Origin: Eubacteriales bacterium
GTDB taxonomy: Bacteria > Bacillota > Clostridia > Oscillospirales > CAG-272
NCBI GenBank assembly: GCA_045643945.1
Contig: JAZRGA010000052.1
Coordinates: forward strand, 15,311 to 79,310
Length of the DNA: 64,000 nucleotides
Direction of reading: 5' to 3'
Shown: positions 58,418 through 64,000 of the stretch, piece after piece
Layout: each line of letters starts with the position of its first letter
Position numbering within the stretch: position 1 is the stretch's first letter
Translations under genes and position numbers: made by a program
The notes under the pieces: generated by a model
Seen by the model: only the letters and a program-made list of their open reading frames with translations
What the model was told of the DNA's origin: nothing
The model's database searches: none

Positions 58418-60838
58418 ATGAAAAAGAGAATTTTAAACGCGATACTTATAATATTTATTATAATCATTATTGCCGCACTTGTTGCAGGACTTGCACTTGC
58501 GGTTTATGTGATAAGAAATACCGAGAGGGAAATAGACAGTGCGATTTTCGAGGCGATAAGCACAAGCAGTGCATCGAATATATATTATTATCAAAGCGAG
58601 GCGGATAGAATAAGTGATAATGCCACACAGCTTGAGGGCGAGGATATTTATGGCGGATTTAGAAATATTCCCGTAGAATATGAAAATATTCCTAAAAAGC
58701 TTGTAGATGCCTTTGTTTGTATTGAGGATAAGCGTTTTTTCGAGCATAGCGGAGTAGATTGGAAAAGAACGATTGGCGCTACCGCTAATTATTTTTTAAA
58801 ATTTAGAAATGAATTCGGTGGCTCAACAATAACGCAACAATTAATAAAAAACGTTACGGGCGAGGATTCTTATTCATTAAAAAGAAAGATACAAGAGATA
58901 TTTTGGGCGCTTGATCTTGAATCGAAAATGAGCAAGGAGGAGATACTTGCCTCATATCTTAATATAATAAATCTTTCAAACGGATGCTATGGTGTTGGAG
59001 CGGCGGCAAAATATTATTTTTCAAAGGATTTATCCGAGCTTACTCTTGCCGAAACGGTTGCGATAGCCGCAATAACGAATAATCCGTCGTACTATGATCT
59101 TAAAAATAATCCTCAAAATAATAAAAAAAGGCGCAATATCATTCTCGGTGAAATGCTATCGCAAGGCTTTATAAGCGAGGCGGAATATGACGAGGCATAT
59201 AATAGCTCTGTTATTTTAAATCTGCAAAGCGATAACAAGGGAATCAATATGTGGTATGTCGATATGGTTCTTGAGGATGTTATCGACGGTTTGGTCGAGC
59301 AAAAGGGGTATAGCAGAGAGCTTGCAAGTAATCTGATATATACGGGCGGACTCAAAATTTATACCGCTATGGATATTGAAATTCAAAGATTGCTCGAGGA
59401 ATATTATGCGAATGTAAAAAATTTTCATCAAACGGGCGATGGTGAGGAGCCGCAATCGGCTATGATAATAATAGACCCGTATAACGGCGCTATTTTGGGA
59501 GTGGCGGGGGCAATCGGAGCTAAGATGGGAAACCGATTGCAGAATTATGCCACCGATGCTCAAAGACCGGCAGGCTCTGTAATAAAGCCTATATCTGTTT
59601 ATGCGCCTGCGCTTGAAAAAAATAAAATTACTTGGGCAACGGTTTATGATGATACTCCTGTGAATTTTTCAAATGCTCAAGAGCCAAGTCAAGCAAATGC
59701 GTGGCCTAAAAACGTAACGAGAGATTACAGAGGACTAACCAATATAAATTATGCGATAGAGCATTCCGTAAATACCGTCAGTGTAAAGGTATTGAATGAT
59801 ATAGGGCTTGATGCTTCGTTCGATTTTTTGAAAAATAAATTGCATATCGAAAGCTTAATTGAAAGTAGGACGCTTGAAAATGGAATGACTATAAGCGATA
59901 AGGATTATGCCGCACTTGGGCTTGGACAGTTTAATTATGGTGTTACCTTGCTTGAAATGACAGCGGCATATTCGATATTTGTTAATAACGGGATATATTC
60001 AAAGCCCCGAAGCTTTTATAAGGTGACAGATGTTAACGGAAATATTATTCTTGATAATGAGTATCACGGTGAAGCGGTTATAAGTGCGGAAAATTCTATT
60101 ATAATGACAAGGATGCTACAAAATGTGTTAGCAAACGGTACTGCAAAAAGCATTACTCTCCAAAAAAAGCTTGAATGTGCAGGTAAAACAGGAACAACGC
60201 AGGATAATTGCGATAGATGGTATATAGGTTATACCCCTTATTACGTCGGAGGTGTTTGGTACGGATATGAATATCCCAAGCCGCTTAGCGCATCAACTAA
60301 TAAGGTGTGTATTGAAGCATGGGATAGGATAATGACAAGGCTTCATCAAAAATATTTAGATAGCGGAGATATTAAAAAATTTAATACCTCCGAGAATATA
60401 ATTACTGCGGAGTATTGCAAGGATTCGGGCTTGCTTGCATGCGAGGCGTGTGCGAAGGACCCGAGAGGAGAACGTACCGAGATTGGGTATTTTGTAAAGG
60501 GAACAGAGCCAAGGCAAAGATGCAAGACCCATATTTTGGTAAGATACGATTCTTCTGAGGAATGTATAGCAAGTAACGAATGTAATAACGATGATATCAT
60601 TTTAGTCGGGATGATAAGAGTAAAAAGAAGCTTTCCCACTCAATTATATATTACCGATGCGCAATACGTTTGGAGAGATATCGGTAAAGATGTGCTTCCC
60701 GAAACGGCAAGCGGTCTACCGTTTTTTAACAACCTTTTATCGGATAATGAATATTCGGGAATCAGTAACGTAGAAAAGCAATTTAATTCTTATTGTCGAA
60801 AGCATTTTAATTATCAAAAGTGGAAGGAGAGGGAATAG
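58418..60838 (+). CDS. Class A penicillin-binding protein (transglycosylase/transpeptidase)
   Basis: GT51 motifs EDKRFFEHSGVD and GGSTITQQL. Transpeptidase motifs SVIKP, SVN, KTGTT. N-terminal TM anchor. Confidence 0.88.
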   Translation: MKKRILNAILIIFIIIIIAALVAGLALAVYVIRNTEREIDSAIFEAISTSSASNIYYYQSEADRISDNATQLEGEDIYGGFRNIPVEYENIPKKLVDAFVCIEDKRFFEHSGVDWKRTIGATANYFLKFRNEFGGSTITQQLIKNVTGEDSYSLKRKIQEIFWALDLESKMSKEEILASYLNIINLSNGCYGVGAAAKYYFSKDLSELTLAETVAIAAITNNPSYYDLKNNPQNNKKRRNIILGEMLSQGFISEAEYDEAYNSSVILNLQSDNKGINMWYVDMVLEDVIDGLVEQKGYSRELASNLIYTGGLKIYTAMDIEIQRLLEEYYANVKNFHQTGDGEEPQSAMIIIDPYNGAILGVAGAIGAKMGNRLQNYATDAQRPAGSVIKPISVYAPALEKNKITWATVYDDTPVNFSNAQEPSQANAWPKNVTRDYRGLTNINYAIEHSVNTVSVKVLNDIGLDASFDFLKNKLHIESLIESRTLENGMTISDKDYAALGLGQFNYGVTLLEMTAAYSIFVNNGIYSKPRSFYKVTDVNGNIILDNEYHGEAVISAENSIIMTRMLQNVLANGTAKSITLQKKLECAGKTGTTQDNCDRWYIGYTPYYVGGVWYGYEYPKPLSASTNKVCIEAWDRIMTRLHQKYLDSGDIKKFNTSENIITAEYCKDSGLLACEACAKDPRGERTEIGYFVKGTEPRQRCKTHILVRYDSSEECIASNECNNDDIILVGMIRVKRSFPTQLYITDAQYVWRDIGKDVLPETASGLPFFNNLLSDNEYSGISNVEKQFNSYCRKHFNYQKWKERE

Positions 60839-60840
60839 CA

Positions 60841-60871
60841 AAAGGGGAGGATTTTTTGAATCTTCCCCTTT
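60841..60871. terminator. Bidirectional terminator between convergent genes
   Basis: AAAGGGGAGGATT ... AATCTTCCCCTTT (one G-U). Confidence 0.6.
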
Positions 60872-60886
60872 AAATATTTTACCGTA

Positions 60887-62653
60887 TCAGACCTCAGGAA
60901 ACTGACTATTATAAAGCTTATAATAAAAGCCTTTTTTCTCAAGAAGCTCGGTATGTGAGCCTTGCTCAACGATATTTCCTGCATTCATAACGAGAATAAC
61001 ATCGCAATCTTTTATAGTTGAAAGTCTATGGGCAACTATAAATGCCGTTTTGCCTTGCATAGCGGTTTTAAACGCCTTTTGTATGCGTATCTCGGTTCGA
61101 GTATCAATTGAGGACGTAGCCTCGTCTAAAATAAGAATTTCCGGCTCACAGAGCATAATTCTTGCGATGCAAAGCAGCTGTCGCTGTCCTTGCGAAAGCG
61201 AGGTTGCTCCGTCACCGATTACAGTGTTGTAGCCATCGGGTAAGCGCTTGATAAAGCTATGCGCGTGAGCCGCCTTTGCGGCGGAAATAATTTCCTCGTC
61301 GGTTGCATCGGGCTTACCGTAGGAGATATTTTCTTTAATAGTTCCGTCGGAAAGCCAGGTTTCTTGAAGGACCATTCCGTATTTTTTGCGAAGCTCGCCT
61401 CGGTCGATATTACGAATATCCTTTCCTCCAAGCTTTATAGATCCTTCCTTTACGTCATAAAATCTCATAAGAAGATTTATAAGCGTAGTCTTGCCGCAGC
61501 CCGTAGGACCGACGATTGCAATATGCTTTCCCGATTCGGCTTTAAAGCTGAAATTGCTTATAAGCGGCTTTTCGGGAACGTAGGAGAATGACACGTTGCA
61601 AAATTCAATTTCGGAATTATTTATAACATCACCGTTATCCGTTACTGCAATTTCGGAGGGTGATTCGATAAGGTCGAATACTCGCTCTGCGCTCGCAAGA
61701 GCATTTTGAAGCTCGGTAACTACTCCCGATATCTCATTGAAGGGCTTGGTGTATTGCGTAGCGTATGATAAAAAGCTTGAAAGCATACCGACCTTTAAAA
61801 CTGCGCCACCAAAATTTGCGCATATCATAGCGCCTGCAAATGCAACGAATGCGTATACTGTTGCATTTACGAATCTTGTTGACGGGTTTGTAAGAGATGA
61901 AAAGAATATAGCCTTGAGCGATGTTTTTTCAAGTCTGTTATTGATTTCGTCAAAACGCTCGGAGGCTTTATTTTCATAGCCGAACGCAACTACGGTTTTA
62001 TGCTCACCTATCATTTCATCAATAAGCGCGGTTTGTTCGCTCCTGATTTCCGATTGCTTTTTAAATAGATTAAAGGTTCTCTTTGCGATAAATGATGCCA
62101 CAAAAAGCGAGAGAGGAGTTATAACTATAACTATGAACGTCACGGGAACGCTTATCATAAACATAAAGACAATCGTTCCAAGAATAGTCATTATGCCGTT
62201 AAAAAATTGCGAAAATCCCATTAGGAGTCCGTCGGAAAATTGATCGGAATCAGCTATAAGGCGATTAACGATATCTCCTGAGCGATGTGAATCGACGAAT
62301 GAAACGGGAAAGCTTTGAATTTTTACAAACGCCTCGTGACGAACGTTTCGTACAATTCCGTACACCATTCGGTTGTTGATTACGTTTATTATCCATTGGA
62401 ATATTGCGGTAAATCCTATACATATTGCAACTTGGATAAGTAGCTTACCGATTTGAACGCTATCTACAAGTCCCTCTCCTGCGGCAAGGTCGATTGCTTG
62501 TCCTATGAGTATAGGAACGTAAAGCGTAAGAATAACCACCGCAAGCGTAAGAATGATTGAGAGTATAAACAGTGAGATATATCCCTTAAGATATTTGAGT
62601 ACCTTAATGAAAACAGAGGCGTTATTTTTTAGTGAGGTGGATTTCTTTTTCAT
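60887..62653 (-). CDS. ABC exporter, fused TMD-NBD half-transporter (heterodimer partner B)
   Basis: 6-TM N-terminal domain. GPTGCGKTT, LSQGQRQLLCIAR, ILILDEATSSID. The start overlaps the upstream stop by 1 nt (TAATG). Confidence 0.85.
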   Translation of the reverse strand: MKKKSTSLKNNASVFIKVLKYLKGYISLFILSIILTLAVVILTLYVPILIGQAIDLAAGEGLVDSVQIGKLLIQVAICIGFTAIFQWIINVINNRMVYGIVRNVRHEAFVKIQSFPVSFVDSHRSGDIVNRLIADSDQFSDGLLMGFSQFFNGIMTILGTIVFMFMISVPVTFIVIVITPLSLFVASFIAKRTFNLFKKQSEIRSEQTALIDEMIGEHKTVVAFGYENKASERFDEINNRLEKTSLKAIFFSSLTNPSTRFVNATVYAFVAFAGAMICANFGGAVLKVGMLSSFLSYATQYTKPFNEISGVVTELQNALASAERVFDLIESPSEIAVTDNGDVINNSEIEFCNVSFSYVPEKPLISNFSFKAESGKHIAIVGPTGCGKTTLINLLMRFYDVKEGSIKLGGKDIRNIDRGELRKKYGMVLQETWLSDGTIKENISYGKPDATDEEIISAAKAAHAHSFIKRLPDGYNTVIGDGATSLSQGQRQLLCIARIMLCEPEILILDEATSSIDTRTEIRIQKAFKTAMQGKTAFIVAHRLSTIKDCDVILVMNAGNIVEQGSHTELLEKKGFYYKLYNSQFPEV

Positions 62654-64000
62654 TATTTCTCACCTCCGTCGGAAAATTGTGTATTATATATTTCCTTGTA
62701 AATATCACAAGATATAAGCAGGTCATTATGCTTTCCAATGCCGACGGGAGCGCCGTCATCAAGTACGATTATTGTATCTGCGTGCATAATTGAAGATGCT
62801 CGCTGAGAAATTATGAATACTGTGGGGGAATAATCAAGAGAGGCGATGTTTTTTCTGAGAGCCGCCTCGGTTGCGTAGTCGAGCGCAGATGATGAGTCAT
62901 CTAAAATAAGAATTTTAGGCTTTCTCGTAAGCGCTCGGGCAATTGTTAAGCGTTGGCGTTGACCGCCTGAAAAATTAGTACCGTTTTGAAGCACAGCTTC
63001 GTCAAGCTTATCGGGCTTTTCGGATACGAAATCCTTTGCCATAGCAAGCTCGAGAGCTGACCAAAGAGCATCATCACTTGCATTAGGGTCGCCAAACAAT
63101 AGGTTGGAGCGGATAGTTCCCGCAAATAGCGTAGCCTTCTGCGGTACGATGCCGAAAATTTCTTTTCTATCGCTTTCTGTTAGAAGGGATGCGTTTTTAC
63201 CGTAAACAAAAGCATTTCCGTCTGTGGCGTGATAAAAACCCGCTATAAGATTTGCAAGAGTGGTTTTTCCCGAGCCCGTTCCGCCGATGATTCCGACGGT
63301 TTCTCCTTCTTTTACCGAAAATGAAATATTTTCGATTACGTTGTCCTCGGATTCGCTTGAATACTTGAAGCTTACGTTTTCAAATTTTACCGCATAATCT
63401 TCGGAATCACGGCTTTTTCTAACCTTAAATTCAACGTCGCTCGGCGCTTCAAGCACATCCGAAATTCTCTCTGCGCTTGCCGCCGCTTTATTTAACGTAA
63501 TTATAAGACTTGCAAGCTTAATAAGCTCAACGAGGATTTGCGACATATAATTATAAAGCGCAATAAGCTCACCCTGTGTTATATTACCAGAATTTACTTG
63601 CAAAGCACCGTTTTTTATTAGCAAAATGATTGCAAAATTTATAACGGCATATGTGAGCGGATTCATAAGCGCAGAAATGCGTCCCGCAAAGCGCTGTATT
63701 TTTGTGAGAGCATCTATTTTTTCATCGAAATCATCTATTTCGTCCTGCTCCTTGTTAAAAGCGCGAACTACTCGAGTGCCGTTGTAATTTCCGCGGACCT
63801 TTGAAACCACGCTATCTAAGCGCTTTTGCGTTTTTTTATGTATTGCGATACTAACAAGCATTATACCAAAAACGATTATTGCTAAGATTATGATAACTCC
63901 AATAAATATAAGTCCGAGCCTTACGTCGATTATAAGCGCGCAAATCATTGCTCCGAATACAATGAACGGAGAACGCAAAAAAAGGCGCAGAAACATATTT
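62653..64000 (-). CDS. ABC exporter half-transporter (heterodimer partner A; N-terminus beyond window end)
   Basis: GGTGSGKTT, FSGGQRQRLTIARA, ILILDDSSSALD. The reading frame is open to the window edge. The ORF-track M at 63996 is internal to the TM domain. Confidence 0.8.
   Translation of the reverse strand, partial: NMFLRLFLRSPFIVFGAMICALIIDVRLGLIFIGVIIILAIIVFGIMLVSIAIHKKTQKRLDSVVSKVRGNYNGTRVVRAFNKEQDEIDDFDEKIDALTKIQRFAGRISALMNPLTYAVINFAIILLIKNGALQVNSGNITQGELIALYNYMSQILVELIKLASLIITLNKAAASAERISDVLEAPSDVEFKVRKSRDSEDYAVKFENVSFKYSSESEDNVIENISFSVKEGETVGIIGGTGSGKTTLANLIAGFYHATDGNAFVYGKNASLLTESDRKEIFGIVPQKATLFAGTIRSNLLFGDPNASDDALWSALELAMAKDFVSEKPDKLDEAVLQNGTNFSGGQRQRLTIARALTRKPKILILDDSSSALDYATEAALRKNIASLDYSPTVFIISQRASSIMHADTIIVLDDGAPVGIGKHNDLLISCDIYKEIYNTQFSDGGEK

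Overview
This 64 kb window looks like a chromosomal segment of a low-GC, spore-forming Firmicute (Clostridia-like). The evidence is GGAGG-type ribosome-binding sites (RBS), the sporulation genes spoVT and a spoVB-like flippase, an M50 site-2 protease, and DnaE/Tex/GreA/PBP1A housekeeping genes. I called about 45 protein genes, 2 tRNAs, and several promoters and terminators.

Main blocks, in order:
- Partial araB-like ribulokinase, then a potABCD polyamine ABC operon in which potC and potD are fused (1-5.4 kb).
- Small conserved Clostridial genes: M50 protease, DUF1836, a LytTR/DUF3021 pair, DUF4317 (5.6-10.5 kb).
- A 15 kb alpha-glucan (starch/maltodextrin) utilisation locus (10.7-25.5 kb). 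It holds a GlgB-MalQ fusion enzyme, a pullulanase, a GH53 galactanase, a lipoprotein amylase, a MalE-like binding protein with an extra C-terminal carbohydrate-binding-like domain, MalF/MalG-like permeases and an MsmK-type ATPase.
- spoVT and tRNA-Ser(CGA), followed by a visibly AT-richer ~4.4 kb five-gene cassette (26.6-31.0 kb) that I cannot assign to any named system.
- Housekeeping genes: gpmI, mrp, dusB, topB, rsmE, a ctp-like S41 peptidase, greA, rsuA, tex, a second msmK paralog, tRNA-Leu(CAA), dnaE, a class A PBP and a heterodimeric ABC exporter pair.

The five-gene cassette is the best candidate for an undescribed system. It encodes an XRE-HTH/helical-repeat protein ending in a DUF4145/HEPN-like Rx4H module, a beta-rich unknown, a second stand-alone Rx4H (HEPN-like) protein, a 4-TM membrane protein and a small CxxC...CxxC protein. 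It sits behind a consensus promoter with paired CTAC-N5-GTAG palindromes.

No CRISPR array, transposase, integrase or rRNA was seen. All family assignments rest on motif recognition by eye; no searches were run.
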